Below, in pieces: positions 43,551-57,110 of a DNA stretch of 64,000 bases. The notes under the pieces were generated by a model that did no database searches, was not told where the DNA came from, and saw nothing but the letters and a program-made list of their open reading frames with translations. This DNA is from Octopus vulgaris (taxonomy: Eukaryota): NCBI GenBank assembly GCA_951406725.2, contig OX597820.1:44144001-44208000 (forward strand), read 5' to 3'. How positions within the stretch are numbered: the stretch's first letter is position 1; every line of letters begins with the position of its first letter. Made by a program: the position numbers and the translations under genes.

Positions 43551-44656
43551 GAGAAAATGAAAAAAAAATGAGAAAAACAATTTTTTTTATTTAAAAAAAG
43601 TGGGTAAGGATTTTATATGCCGTCGAAAAAGGAGCTGGAGGGAGTCTTAATGGAATCTAAGGAATAAGCGAGAGCTCTTGCTAATATTTGGAGGGTTATA
43701 TGCCTCCTCAGCCAGGGCAGAATATAAGGTAGTGGGTATTTGGCCTTAAAGACAGAAATCCAGACGAAGAGACAGACAGAACCAGTTTGACATACAACCT
43801 AATTCACAACCAAAGATCTGGATAGTGACTTTAATTCCTTGATTGTTCTTACATTTGCAGCACAGTAAGAGCAGCTCTTGATCGCGAAGCTGATCCGCAA
43901 TAGCATGTGATCGGGCGGGAATTTCCATGAACAACTAGATTCTGATGACCCGCAAAGCAAAGCAACAAAACGATCCGACGTAAAAGGAGAGAAGTCGATC
44001 TCATGTATTGTACAGAACTGAAAAGAAAATCATTATACACGTAAATATTAGAACCTCTCTCCCCACCTCCATCCTGGGGTCATTCTCTTAAGATGTCTTA
44101 AAGCATACAGAGTAGGAAGTAGCAGAGATGTTATTTGTAATGTTATCAACACTGGTGAAGACCATGACTATCGCTGCAACCTTTTCAAACCGATGCTGCT
44201 GCTTCTGAAGCAAATGCTGCTAATGGGACCACTCTTTCCATAGTACCTCAGATCGCAGCCTCCAGGATGGCAAGAGCAAAGAGAGAAAAAGATACTATTT
44301 TATGGTCAATGCTACAAGCACCGGCGGCCGACGAGTTATGTCACCTATATGCAAGGTGTCTCTTTCTCCAGAACATAGCTACAAATTTCTTGGAGAGTAG
44401 GGATAGATGTAACGTTAGATTAGTTTAACTCCATTGTGTAACAGGTCCTTACTTTGCTTTCTCCGAAAGTTAAAAAATTAAGACGACATATGCGCAATTT
44501 AAATTCGGATATAAGACGTTCAATATACTTTTCCATTTCCTCCGATCTACATTAAATAGTACCAGTAATATCATGTGAAAGATAACTCTTATAATAGATA
44601 CCTGTCAAAGTTAGAAATCATTTTTATTAATGTATTAATTTCCTCACAGTCAGACA

Positions 44657-44776
44657 GCATCGTCGTCGCCGTCGTCATCATCATCATTATCATCATCATC
44701 ATCATTATCACCATCATCAACATCGTTGTCGACGCCGTTGTCGTTGTCATCGAACTCGTCATCATCGTCGTCGTCG

Positions 44777-44820
<44 letters not shown>

Positions 44821-45232
44821 GTCGTCATCGTCATCGTCGTCGTCGTTGCCATCTTCATTATCGTCCTCGACTCACCTTACACCGCCATCGCCACCATCAT
44901 TATCATCATCATCATTATCATCACCATCATCATCATCATTATCATCGTTGTTATCAAGCCTGTCACCATCACCACCACCACACCTGCCAACACCACTGAC
45001 ACCACTACTAGTATCATCATCATCATCATCATCATTACCATAATCATCACCATCTTAACCGTCATCTGCCTTTTGATTCTCACCCTAACAGCCATCGTCA
45101 TCATCACCACCATCACCATCATCACAAACATCACCATCATCGCAAACATCATCACCACTGCCACTACTGCAGACCCCCATCATTATCATCACCACCACCA
45201 CAATCATCAACATCATCGTCGCCGTCGTCGCT
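44657..45232. repeat. Degenerate (ATC/GTC/ACC)n trinucleotide tract
   Basis: Directly visible. Confidence 0.93.
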
Positions 45233-45654
45233 GTACTCGTGGTTGCCATAGTTTCCATCATCCTTGTTTTATATTTTATTTCATTTCATTTTTGCTCTTT
45301 CTTTTCATTTTTTTTGTCTTCGGTTTATTTTTATATTTCTCTAAACAAGAATACGCACACACACGTATATATTAACATAAGTGTGCGCATGTGTATGCAT
45401 ACACCCATGCGCACACACACGCACATACACACACACACATAAATATATACATATATACATATATATCTATATATACATATATATATACATATATATACAT
45501 ATATATATACATATATATATACATATATATATACATGTATATACATGTATACATTTATATACACAGACATAAATACAAATATACACGTACATACGCACAT
45601 ATGCACTCACACACACATATATATACATATATACATATATATATATATATGTAC

Positions 45655-45690
<36 letters not shown>

Positions 45691-45773
45691 AAATATACAT
45701 ATATATATATACATGTATAAAAAAACACATATATATATATACACATACATGCACACACACGCATGCACATACA

Positions 45774-45855
<82 letters not shown>

Positions 45856-45999
45856 TTTTACAATATCTTTTTCGTGACTAACAAGAACGAATGTCATGAC
45901 GCTTTCTTGTTAAATTTGGTGTCGTTTTTGGAATTATTATTATTATTATAATGTAGATTTTGTTATTATTCTCAATGTAAATTGTTAATATGATTTTCT

Positions 46000-46021
46000 T
46001 CGTCGCTGTTAATAATGCTGC

Positions 46022-46055
<34 letters not shown>

Positions 46056-46123
46056 GAAGTTGGTGGCGGTGGTGTTGATGATGTTATTATTGTCGCTGTT
46101 AAAAATAGTTGTTATTGTGGTTG

Positions 46124-46154
<31 letters not shown>

Positions 46155-46508
46155 TCTTGTTTGTAATATTGTAGTTATATAGCCAACTGTGTATGTACCT
46201 GTGTGTGTGTGTGTGTGTTTATGTATGTGTGAATTTATGTGTGAGTGTATGTGTGTGCTTGTGAATTTTTGTGTGTGTCTTGTTTTTTTGTCTTTGTTGT
46301 TGCCAATTTTGTTTGTGTTCCTCTTTCTGGAAACTTTCATTTTGTTATTATTTTTGTTGTTGTTTCGTTGTTGTTGTTGTTGTTATTGTTATTGATGATG
46401 TTCTTCTTGTAGTTAGTGATAGTGATGTTGATATGATTGTTATCATTTTTTTATGCTCCTGTTTATTTTGGAAATGTTGGAAAAATTATTTTTATGTCAC
46501 TAACATTG

Positions 46509-46563
<55 letters not shown>

Positions 46564-46901
46564 AAGCACTCTCGGTCGTGGTGGTTCTAGTTGTAGAATC
46601 TGTAGTGTGGTGGTGGTGGTGGTTGTGAGTACTAGTGGTTGTAGCGGTGGTGTTGATAGTAGCAGCAGCGGTGGTGGTAGTAATGGTGTTAATGATAGAG
46701 GTGGTGACGGTGGTAGTAGAGTAGTTGTGTGGGTGGTAGTAGTAGCCGTAGTAGTAGTAGGGATGATGATGGAAGTGGTAGTGGTGGCGGTGGTGTTGGT
46801 GGCGATGGTACTAGTAGTAGTGGTGGTGATGGTGGTGGCCGCGGCGGTGGTGGTGGTGGTGGTGGTTGTGGTGGTAGTGGTGGTGGTGGTGGTGATGATG
46901 A

Positions 46902-46956
<55 letters not shown>

Positions 46957-47200
46957 GGTGGTGGTGGTAGTGGTGGTGGTGGATTGTGGTGGTGGTTGTG
47001 GTCGCGATGGTGGTGTTACCGTTGTCATATTTCATGTATTTGTACTCTTGTTTGAAATATTCTTGCAACATTGTTGGTTTATTTTTTTGATTTTGTATTA
47101 TTATTATATTGTCACATTGTGGTATTATAATGTTGCTGTTCTTATTGATATTGTTGTTGTCGTTGTTGCTGCTGCTGCTATGTTGTTGTTGTTATTGTAA
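46000..47200. repeat. Degenerate (GTT/GTA/GGT)n trinucleotide tract
   Basis: Directly visible. Confidence 0.9.
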
Positions 47201-47484
47201 TATCTAATATTTTCAGAAGCTTGGTGTGGTCGGGGAATATCAGGAATATTTTATTAAAATATTTCTAACATTCGAAAACAAAGACTACATCCCTATTTAC
47301 CAACAACAACTATTGTGTGGCGGTTGCTAACCGACATGATGTTATTATAATTAAATATTCTACGAGAGGCGCAGGCATGGCTGTGTAGTTAAGAGCCTCG
47401 CTTTGCGATTACGTAATTCGGGGTTCAGTCTCACTGCGCGACACCTTGAGCAAGTCAGTGTTTTCTACGATAGCTCCGGATCTA

Positions 47485-48753
47485 TCAGGTCATCGCATAA
47501 GTTCTGTCCGAATTTTGAGTAAAGAAAACAAGTGAACAAATGTTATATTTAATAGAAATTTAATCATCAACATACTTTCCCTGATTATCTATGACTTCTT
47601 TCCATCTATTTACAAGCTTTTTAATCCCATCAATGTAAAACTCATTTCGTTTCAAAGCGAAGAACTCTGAAATGTCAGTTTCGACCGCCGCCTGGCTTGC
47701 AAAAGTTATGTCCCCCAAATGATTCTGTAAACTAAGAAACAAATGGTAGTCTGAAGGAGCAAGGTCGGGAGGATAAGGTGGATGAGGAATTTTTTCCCAA
47801 CCAAGCTCTTCGATGTTCTGTGATGTGATCTTTGCAGTGTGAGGTCGCGCAGTGTCCTCATGAAACATCACTCCTTTTCGATTCTCTAAAGCGGGTCTTC
47901 AAAGCTTGGTTCAAACGCTCTAATTGCTGACAGTAAACTTGAGCATTGAGTGTTGCATTAGGTGGTAACAATTCAAAGTGAATTACTCCGTTGCAATCCC
48001 ACCAGATTGAGAGAAGAACCTTTTTTCCATGAAGTTCCTTTCTCGGTTGTGGTTGAGCCTTTTCCCTTTTACCAAACCACTATTACGGCGTTTAACATTT
48101 CGACAGAAGATCCATTTTTTTGTCACCGGTCACAAGTCTATCCAAAAAGGGTGAAATGAGTTCGCGAGAATAGAGAGAAGAGCAGATGCCAATTCAGGAT
48201 TTGCGGTTGCTTTCGGACAATTCATGAGGTACCCATTTTCCAAGTTTAGGAACCTTTCCAAGTTGTTTAAGATGACGATGAATAGTTTTATGGTTTGAAC
48301 TATGCTTTATTGCCAATTCTTCAACTGATGATGCAGGATTTTCTTCAAGTAATGCCTCAAGGAGCTTATCATCCAACTCAACTGGACGTCCTGTTCAATC
48401 TTCAATCTTCAAGGCTGAAATCTCCATTTCTGAATTTTTCAAACCATCTTCTGCAAGTTCTTTCATTCAAGCATTCTTTCCCATAAACTGAGTGTATGTT
48501 TCGAGTCGCTTCGGCTGCAGAGTTTCCTTTTTTGTACTCATAAAGCATTATGTACCTCAAATGCTCTTTGGATACTTCGATGTTAGAAAGAGTTTTAATC
48601 AAAGAAATTTTAATTCTATTATTCTGTAAAAGAATATTCAATTAGTTTAAATGTACAGAAATGCATAAAAATAATTTTTAATTCCTTTAGACATTCTAGA
48701 ATACTATTAAATTTCAATCAATTTTAAATAATGTAAAATCGGACAGAACCTGA
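47485..48753 (-). mobile_element. Mariner (Tc1/mariner, D,D34D) transposon with TIRs and TA TSD, non-functional
   Basis: TA|TCAGGTCATCGCATAAGTTCTGTCCGA ... TCGGACAGAAC-CTGA|TA; ~1.27 kb. Confidence 0.95.
47560..48585 (-). pseudogene. Mariner transposase pseudogene (frameshifted)
   Basis: HTH (HLRYIMLYEYKKGNSAAEA..RTCRRWFEKFRNG), WVPHEL, FHEDTARPH and YPPDLAPSDYHLF, split over several ORFs. Confidence 0.95.
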
Positions 48754-48812
48754 TATATCGAACAATACCATATGAGTAAATTTGGTAGACGGAAACTGTA
48801 GGGAAACCCGTC

Positions 48813-48858
<46 letters not shown>

Positions 48859-49364
48859 TCATTCGTTTCTTTGTGTCTGTCCTCCTACCATTTGACAACC
48901 GGTGTTGGTTTCTTTACGCTCCCATAACTTAGGGGCTCAGCAACAGAGACTGATAGAGTAAGCACCAAACTTTAAAAGAAAATAACTGCTGGTGTTGAAT
49001 CTCTCAACGAAAAGACGTTCAAAGCTCTAATGACTAATACAAGTAAAAGATGGATAAAAGATACTACAAGAGTGAAATGGCAGTATAGGTAGAGCGCTCG
49101 GCAAAAATACACGCTCTGAATTCGAAGGTCACCGAAATCAATTTGCATTTCATTCATTCCTAGGTCGATATAATTAATTGCCACTCAGATACCAAGCTTG
49201 ATTTAATCTTATATAGCCAATATATATAACCCACAAGAGTAAACAAGAGAGAGAGAAACAGGCAGACACAAGGAAAATGTCGCTGGTATTTGAACACTAT
49301 GCAAATATTCTTTTAAAAAACTTTTCATTTAATCTTTTCAAAATTTAATTGTTTTCCATACTTA

Positions 49365-49400
49365 CAGTTGAAAAAGTCTCAATGACTGAAACCGGTACTG
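49365..49400 (+). ncRNA. Minimal type-I hammerhead motif with U3-A8 covariant core
   Basis: CAG-TTGAAAA-AGTC tcaat GACT-GAAACCGGTA-CTG; stems I and II perfect; palindromic ACCGGT stem III. Confidence 0.55.
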
Positions 49401-49449
49401 AAATGCTTATAATACCTGGACTAGAAAAAAATATATTTTTGAATATTCT

Positions 49450-49630
49450 TTTCTACTCTAGGCACAAGGCCCGCAATTTTGTAGAAGAGTGCCAGTCGAT
49501 TAGATCGATCTCAGTACGCAAGTGGTACTTATTTAACCACCACGGAAGGAAAAGTCGACCTCGGCGGAATTTGAACTCAGAACATAAAGACCTACGAAAT
49601 ACCAGTACGCATTTCTGCCAGCTTGCCATC
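49450..49630 (-). mobile_element. SINE family C monomer, diverged
   Basis: AAAGTCGACCTCGGCGGAATTTGAACTCAGAAC core. Confidence 0.7.
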
Positions 49631-49768
49631 TTAATTATTGAATGGGAAATGCAATTTATGAAACGGAATTTTTAAATTTTGAAAAACAAAAAAAAATAAT
49701 ATCTCGTTCCGCCCTGATTGCGTCGCCCATTTTCGCAAAGGTTGACTTTTTTCTCCCTTCTCCCTCAC

Positions 49769-49810
<42 letters not shown>

Positions 49811-49989
49811 TAGAAGATCGTTAAAATGTGAGCTCACAAAAGACTAGAATCGATATAGTCGTCCAAAACACTTGGAGTGTGCATCTCAGCATGACAGCAC
49901 TCCACTAATTGAAATCAAAACACACAAACCAATACACACACTCCACCCTATACTCATACACATATATATATACATATATATGTATATAT

Positions 49990-50044
<55 letters not shown>

Positions 50045-50109
50045 TCACTCATACATATACACTTAAATTCATGTATCTCAGTTGCAGAATAATTCCTACT
50101 AAGCGAAAT

Positions 50110-50760
50110 AACTAATAGATTTTATGCATTTTTTGGTCGCATACAACCTTGACGTCCCGGAACCGAGATATTCTTCACAGGCGTTTTGAACCACTGAATG
50201 GTTGTAAGAGACATTCTTTCTCAGGAAGTTATTGAAGAACTTGAAAACTTGGTTGTTGTTCGGACAGAGGTTTAGAGAGTAAGTTGAGTGAAGTAGAGTT
50301 CTGTGGTTCGGTTTGATTGATTATTGCAGGAGGCATTGTCATGGAGAAATTTGGTAATAGAGCGGCGAGAGGTTTGGGGCGTAAGAATGGGTAAAGTAGA
50401 GTACTGTTGTTCGGTTTCTTCCATTACTGCAGAGCCATTTCAGGGACCTGTGGTTGGAGTTTCTCATGAAGAAGAATAGACCCATTTTCAAGATTTGCAA
50501 CCTGCAATGTAAACGTTGAAATTCTATGAACACTCTGTTGATTTCCTGGCAATACTCCTCTTCTGTTGTGATTTCTCCTGGATTCAAGAAATAACAGAGA
50601 ATGGTTTCACTTGTTGACCACCAAAATATTAACCATAACCTTTTGAGGCAGCATCAGTGTCAGTTTGGAAAATTGCTTCAGTGCTTCCTATAAGTTTGTA
50701 GAAGAAAACGTTCACACTGCTTTTTGTCCTACTCTATTTTCGTTTTTGTCCTACTCTACC
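50110..50760 (-). mobile_element. Decayed PLE-like fragment (RT thumb/linker region)
   Basis: EEEYCQEINRVF...LYFTHSYAPNLS resembles PLE post-RT linker sequence; internal duplication of the NRTT.LYFT segment. Confidence 0.4.
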
Positions 50761-50845
50761 CAACCACTGCCTAGATTTATAGTGATAATCACCTCTTCTT
50801 ATTTTTTTGGTGGGGTTTAGAGTTTTTTTTATTTTTAGTTATTAA

Positions 50846-51034
50846 CTCTTTAACGGCAAAATTAAATTTATTCCAGTAATGATATTAAATGGTAAACTTG
50901 ATATATCAAAAATAAAAATTAAGTTCCAAACATGGATTTCCTCTACAAAAGATAAATTAGTATATAAAACAGCTTTACACAATTAAAGGTAATGAAATTT
51001 TGAATGGATATATCTGATTTCTTTACTTAAAGAG
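50846..51034. mobile_element. piggyBac-type MITE candidate
   Basis: TTAA|CTCTTTAA ... TTAAAGAG|TTAA: short TIRs with a TTAA duplication. Confidence 0.5.
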
Positions 51035-51692
51035 TTAACCAGACATGGAGTTTTCTTCTTCTACTCTTATCATGACATTCTACAAAAATAAATGTTTTTG
51101 TTTTTTGTCAACATTTCTATACTCGCTCCTTTCTCTTCGCCATTGTATGTGACATCACTCTTTATTTTATATACAATTCGCTTCCACGATATCAAAAAAA
51201 AACACAGCTTTTCTCTCATTTTTTTAGTTCTTTCGTTCTGTTCACGTTTTGTATTTATTTATAATATGTCTAACAATATTGTTTATCAAATATTTTTGTA
51301 GTCGTGCACAACATATTTCACAAATAATTTCTACTTGCTAGTCTCTAACTTGCTATATACGTGATAAATATCAGCTTTCTTGGTCTCATTTTAGGTACAT
51401 TATTCTAAATAGTTTTTAATTTTCTTGTGCGTGTATGTGTGTGTGTGTTTTTATTTCTTTTGTTTGTTTTCTTTTTTTTTTTTTGTCTAGCCTTGATAAT
51501 TTACTTAGCGAGCAATTTAGCATATTATAACGATAAAATATTACTGAAGCAGACAGTATATATTAACTAATTCTTTTCATTTATCTCGGCTTTGAGTGTT
51601 AATCTAATATATATATATATTGTGTGTGTGTGTATGTGTGTGCATGTATAAATTCATAAACATACATATTGATACATATATATACACAAATA

Positions 51693-51737
<45 letters not shown>

Positions 51738-51827
51738 TGTCGTAAAGAAGTGCATTTTTCATATGTTCTCTATTGTTTAACTATATATGCATATGCATAC
51801 ACATATCGGCTCATATATATATATCTG

Positions 51828-51892
<65 letters not shown>

Positions 51893-52310
51893 ATATGTAT
51901 ATATGTATGTGTCTGTACATATGTACAAACGCAACTACCTATATGCATTAACATTTAATATGTATATGCTAGTGTGAATGCGTATATATATATACGTGTG
52001 TGTGTGTGTGTAAGCATGCAGAGAGACAGACAGGTAGACAAACTTATAGCAGGGAGGAGGAAGGGTGGGGGAGGTGGAAGAGGAGGAGGAGGAGGAGGAG
52101 GAGGAGGTGGAGGAGGTGGTTGAGGAGGAGTAGGAGGGGGAGGAGATTTGGTGCATAAGTGCCGGCCACATGATATTCTTTCAGTGTATGCAGATAATGA
52201 GACCCAGCTGAGTGAAGAAATCTGCTCTTAGCTATTCAGACGTGTACTTTCTATTAAAAATATTGTCTATAATATTTACGAAGAGCAAATTCCAAGATAA
52301 GTGAATAAAA

Positions 52311-52497
52311 TATAATGTGAGTAACAAAGAGGTACAAGTGTCACTCCATTCTGGCCATTTCCAACGATTCCTTTAATTGTTTAATGAAAACGGTTTCTTT
52401 ACAATGATGTAATGTTTTCATTAATCAATTAAAATAGTAGTTGGAAACGGCCGTAATGAATTGACACCTGTACCTCTTTGTTACTCGCCTCTATTAT
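52311..52497. mobile_element. Foldback/MITE-like palindrome
   Basis: GAGTAACAAAGAGGTACAAGTGTCA ... TGACACCTGTACCTCTTTGTTACTC; ~75-bp arms. Confidence 0.82.
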
Positions 52498-52505
52498 ATA
52501 AATAA

Positions 52506-52542
<37 letters not shown>

Positions 52543-53739
52543 TGTGTGTGTACACATACACATACATACACACACATCAACAATTAGCGCTGAAGAAACA
52601 GAGCAATAAAAGAATTATATCTTCCATCCAAAATTTGCCAGTGTATTCGGAATTTTGCCGTTGGTTTTTCACAACTTTAAGGATCAAAAGAGAGATTTGT
52701 TGTACATACGCACACATATACACGCATACATGCATATATGTGTGTGTTAGTGTGTGTGTGTGTGTATGTGCGTGCGTGTTTGCAGTTAACATAAAAATAC
52801 AGCAAATCCCTCCTTCAAATTTGCAGTCATGAACATTCAGAGTAGACTTCCAACTCATGATAGAGAGGGGGGAAAGAGAGAGAGAGAAAGAAAGAGAGAG
52901 AAAGATCACATACTAGAAATTTTAAGATTTTTGTAAAGAGAAACAAAAGATAAACTAAATATATGAAATCTATTCTTTTTGTCCTTTTAATTCCTTTATT
53001 TCAAATTCAAATTTCCATTCTTACCAAATATTATGAATAAATGATTATCCCCCTTGTCATAGTTGTGACAGCAATAATAACCATACGTGTTTGAAAAATT
53101 CTAACCGTAGTTTTGTGAGAATCTATTTAAACCGTCGGCGATGTTTAAGGTATTATGTTTATGAATAAATGTTTGTACCACTACATATACGAAGGGTTAA
53201 TATTTTGGAATAACAGCTTGAAACATATATCTACACCTCCAAGAATATACTGAAAACGGCTTGTGAAATTTCTTTGTAGCTAAAACTGAAATTATTGGTA
53301 AACAAAAGATATTTTCACAAGGTAGAATTTCCTGGAAGTAGTTATTATCTTGCTATTTTGTAAACACGTAGAATTTCCTCTTTTCTACGTTCTATGATGA
53401 AAAAAAAAAACCCCACATTCTATGAATTTTCTCTGGGCTGTAATTATTTCCATTTTTAATGAAATACCTCGCTTCCTAAAATGTTTAATTTATAAGTCAC
53501 AAGTTGCATCAGGCTGACAATTTCTAAAAAGAATGAAATAGCTGCACATGATTATCACCGACTGGAAGTTTTAAGAACATCGTAATAAGTAAGCAAAAAA
53601 TTCAAAATGTGAATTCAATATATCTTCTTCTTTATTATTTCTTAATTTCAAACGTAAAATTCTAATCGACAAAAATATGTTTATCTCCCTTGTATTAGCT
53701 GCGACGAGAAGATCTACGCGTCTATAGATAGATAGATAT

Positions 53740-53806
<67 letters not shown>

Positions 53807-53814
53807 TGTATATC

Positions 53815-54066
53815 TTTACTTGTTTCAGTCATTTGACTGCGGCCATGCTGGAGCACCGCCTTTAGTCGAGTAAGTCGACCCCCAGGACTTATTCTTTGTA
53901 AGCTTAGTACTTATTCTATCGGGCTCTTTTGTCGAACCGCTAAGTTACGGAGGCGTAAACACACCAGCATCGGTTGTCAAGTGATGTTGGGGGGACAAAC
54001 ACAGACACACAAAAATATACACACACATACATACATACATATATACGACGGGCTTCTTTCAGTTTC
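53815..54066 (-). mobile_element. SINE family A 3' half
   Basis: Reverse complement of the consensus tail and core; truncated by the adjacent pLTR. Confidence 0.88.
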
Positions 54067-54071
54067 AAAAA

Positions 54072-54109
54072 CTGTCTGATGAACGGCAACGAGAAACTCA
54101 GAGTAACAG
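54072..54109 (+). ncRNA. Minimal type-I hammerhead ribozyme motif in a pseudo-LTR fragment (54067-54213)
   Basis: CTGT-CTGATGA-a CG gcaa CG a-GAAACTC a GAGTA-ACAG; GNRA-capped stem II; near-palindromic stem III. Confidence 0.72.
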
Positions 54110-54211
54110 ATTTTGTTGAATTTTCTGCTGCTTTAAATAAAGCATATTACTCTACCACTGGTATTTGAGTACTCTTTTTTCCACCTTGTTTCACATTTAT
54201 GTGTTTACTCC

Positions 54212-54286
<75 letters not shown>

Positions 54287-54289
54287 CCA

Positions 54290-55370
54290 TTTAAATCACC
54301 TCTTTCATCAATTTCTTTCCAATACCAAACTTCATAAACTCCCTTCACTCCTCTATTCCATCACACCCCAACTCCTCCACTACCCTTCTCCCTTCCTGAT
54401 AGTCTCCTGCAACCCACACCTAACCCCACTGTCCCTCCTAACAACCCCCACGCACCTCCCCACTCCCTCAGACCTCTACCAGCCCTACCACCCCTCCTAC
54501 TCCTATTCCATCCACCCTTCTCCACTTCCGCCTGTAACTGCCCCACGGAGCTCATCTCAAAATACCTCGACCGTGTCCTTGCCCCCCTAGTGGCTTCTCT
54601 TCCCTCCCACATCCACGACACCAACCATGCTCTCCGGCTTTTCAACTCTTTCTCCTTTCCTCCCGGCTCCTCCAAACTCCTTTTTACAATGGACATCCAG
54701 AGCCTCTATACCGTCATCCCTCACCACGAAGGACTGCGGGCACTTCAACACTTTCTCGACCTCCGCCCCAACCCCGAACCCGACATCTCCATACTCATTC
54801 GTCTGGCCGAACTTGTCCTTTGTCTTAACTGCTTCTCGTTCGCGGGCGAGTTCTACCAACAGGTCTCGGGAGTGGCACACCGCCCACACACCCTTCCCCA
54901 CATCTTTACACCTACACATACATACAGATATCATATCACAACACACCACCCACACACCCATCCCCATATCTCCACACCCACACATACATACATACACACG
55001 TCCAGACTACCAGCCCTCTTTCATACGCACATACATACACTCTTATACACACGCACCTTCGTGTTGGGGCGAAGTCACTTGACCCTGTTATCTCTCCTAC
55101 TATCCCTCTAGCGTCTAACGTTTGACCTCTGACCTCTGACTTCTGCCTGAAGTCAGAACGCCATAATGGACCGTTAGCTCTTACACACATTTTTTTCTCT
55201 CTTTGTTTCTCTCCTTGTTTCTTTTCTGTGCATCTTTCTGTCGAAAAGCGTAGGTTCGAAACGTAAAAGACTTGTTCTGTTTCTATTCCTGAGCGCCATA
55301 CTAATACATTTGTTTGTTTGTACTCTTCCTGCTTTCGTCTTTTGTTTATTTTCGTAAACCTTCCCGTTAT
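54290..55370 (+). mobile_element. Penelope-like element (second lineage), internally deleted: RT remnant plus 3' pseudo-LTR
   Basis: CNCPTELISKYLDRVLAPLVASLPSHIHDTNHAL, LLFTMDIQSLYTVIPH and LAELVLCLNCFSFAGEFYQQVSGVA; LTR at ~55110-55370 homologous to the solo copies. Confidence 0.9.
55233..55270 (+). ncRNA. Minimal HHR-like motif, A6U core variant, in the PLE 3' pLTR
   Basis: TCTTT-CTGTCGAA-AAGC gtag GTTC-GAAACGTA-AAAGA; stem II partly decayed. Confidence 0.5.
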
Positions 55371-55378
55371 ATAGATAA

Positions 55379-55445
<67 letters not shown>

Positions 55446-55647
55446 TGTGTGTGTAAGTGTGTGTGTGAATATTGGATTAAAAAGCTTTTGGGATACAGAA
55501 GTCGAGGGCTGTCTTTAGCCTCTAACTTTTGTTATCCAAAGAAATTTTTTACACAATACTATTTATTGCTCTTTCTATATCGAGTTCAACCGTTTCAAAA
55601 TAATTCATTCCCGTTCTCTCGAAGTTTTTAAATTCATATTATATATA

Positions 55648-55704
<57 letters not shown>

Positions 55705-55844
55705 TTATATGCATGCACGCATGTGTGTATGTGTGTACTTGTGTACGTATATAAGTATGTGCTTCGTGTTTAATTATTTACATTCTGCGTCTGAAGAAGA
55801 AGCTGGTTTCTAATAAAGATACAAAGCTTCATCTTTAGAATGTA

Positions 55845-57110
55845 TTGGGACATCCCATAAATAATGGGCTTTTTTCATTTGCATGAATTAAATGTCGGAG
55901 GGGGACAGGATAAACTACCTGCATCAACTTGCAATAAATAAAGGAATTAAGTTTACCTTGACTTTATTCTTAGTGTTAGTTTTGAAGAGTACAATTCGAT
56001 TTTAACGGTTATTTTTTCAAAGCTATAAGGGAAGTGACAAAGGAGGATATTCGGCATATTTTGCTTTTATGAGTTCAATAAAGGCAACAAAGAAAACAGA
56101 AAGTGCGAAAAATATCAATGCAATATATGGATATCGGACAATAAGCTTAAGCCAGGGTCAATGGTGGGTCTAGAAATTCCGAGCCGGAAACTACTGCCTA
56201 GAACACATGCTTCGTCCTGGAAGATTTGTAGTACTCGACGTGGACGTCCTGCAATCCCTGATGGAACAAAATCCCATTGTAACTCCTGATAAACCAGCAG
56301 TGAAACTTGGATGTGGTCATTCAACTATTCATCAACACCTGCGTATCATTGGGAAAGTCAGCAAATTGGGTCAATGGGTTCCTTACAGTTTTTTTTTTTT
56401 AGTCTAATCGCGCGCAGGTAGTGAATGAGTGCTCTTCTTTGCTGTCACGTCTCACGAATGAACCTTTTTGGGACCGAATAATGACTGGTGACGAGAGATG
56501 AGTTTTCTATAAAAATGTCAAGCCCCGAATACAGTGGTTAGGGAAAGGAGAAACACCGGCACCCCAGGCTAAAGAAGGCTTTTACCCACGTAAGGTGCTG
56601 TTATCTGTTTGGTGGGATGTGAAAGGTTTAGTCCACTTTGAACTTTTTAACCCAAACCAAACGATAACAAAGGAGATCTACTGCAAGCAACTTGAGCGGC
56701 TTAAGTCAGCGCTAGAAGAAAAACGACCATCTTTGGTTTCAAGACGAAAGTTTTTCTACCACGAGGATGATGCTCGGCCACATACAGCGAGGATGACATC
56801 CCAAAGGCTGGAGCGGTTTGAATTGGAAACGATGTCCCATCCATCATATTCGCCGGACATTGCCCCATCTGACTATCCTTCCGCAATCTTCAAAATCATT
56901 TGGACGGAAAAAATATGAATTCTGTAGACGAGATCAGAGCAGTACTGGAGGGATTTTGGAAAAGGGGCCTTGCGAGTCTACCAGATAGATGGATGAACAT
57001 TGTAGAAAATGAAAGAGCGTATATTTCAGACTAAAAAGAACTTTGTTCATCTTAATTTTGAAAAACAACAAGCAGTATAAAAAAACCGCATTATTTATGG
57101 GATGACCTAA
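55845..57110 (+). mobile_element. Mariner transposon with TIRs and TA TSD, non-functional
   Basis: TA|TTGGGACATCCCATAAATAATGGGCTTTTT ... AAAAACCGCATTATTTATGGGATGACCTAA|TA; ~1.27 kb. Confidence 0.95.
56030..57033 (+). pseudogene. Mariner transposase pseudogene (multiple frameshifts)
   Basis: LGQWVP, IMTGDE, LLSVWWDVKG, YHEDDARPH and YSPDIAPSDY motifs. Confidence 0.93.

Larger units (their letters stand above)
47367..49030 (+). mobile_element. Old SINE family A copy split by a mariner insertion
   Basis: Head at 47367-47482; resumes at 48756 with ...GAGTAAATTTGGTAGACGGAAACTG and the 3' half. Confidence 0.8.

Noticed and set aside
42780-44400. Unique-looking blocks flanking the SINE at 43175-43550 as exons
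   Set aside because: Stops in all frames and no coherent splice-site pairs; probably ancient TE debris that cannot be classified by eye.
52172-52231. Acceptor ttctttcAG that would continue the 40217 peptide in frame (VYADNETQLSEEICS*)
   Set aside because: It gives only a 28-aa unrecognised peptide, and such phase-compatible acceptors are expected by chance over 12 kb.
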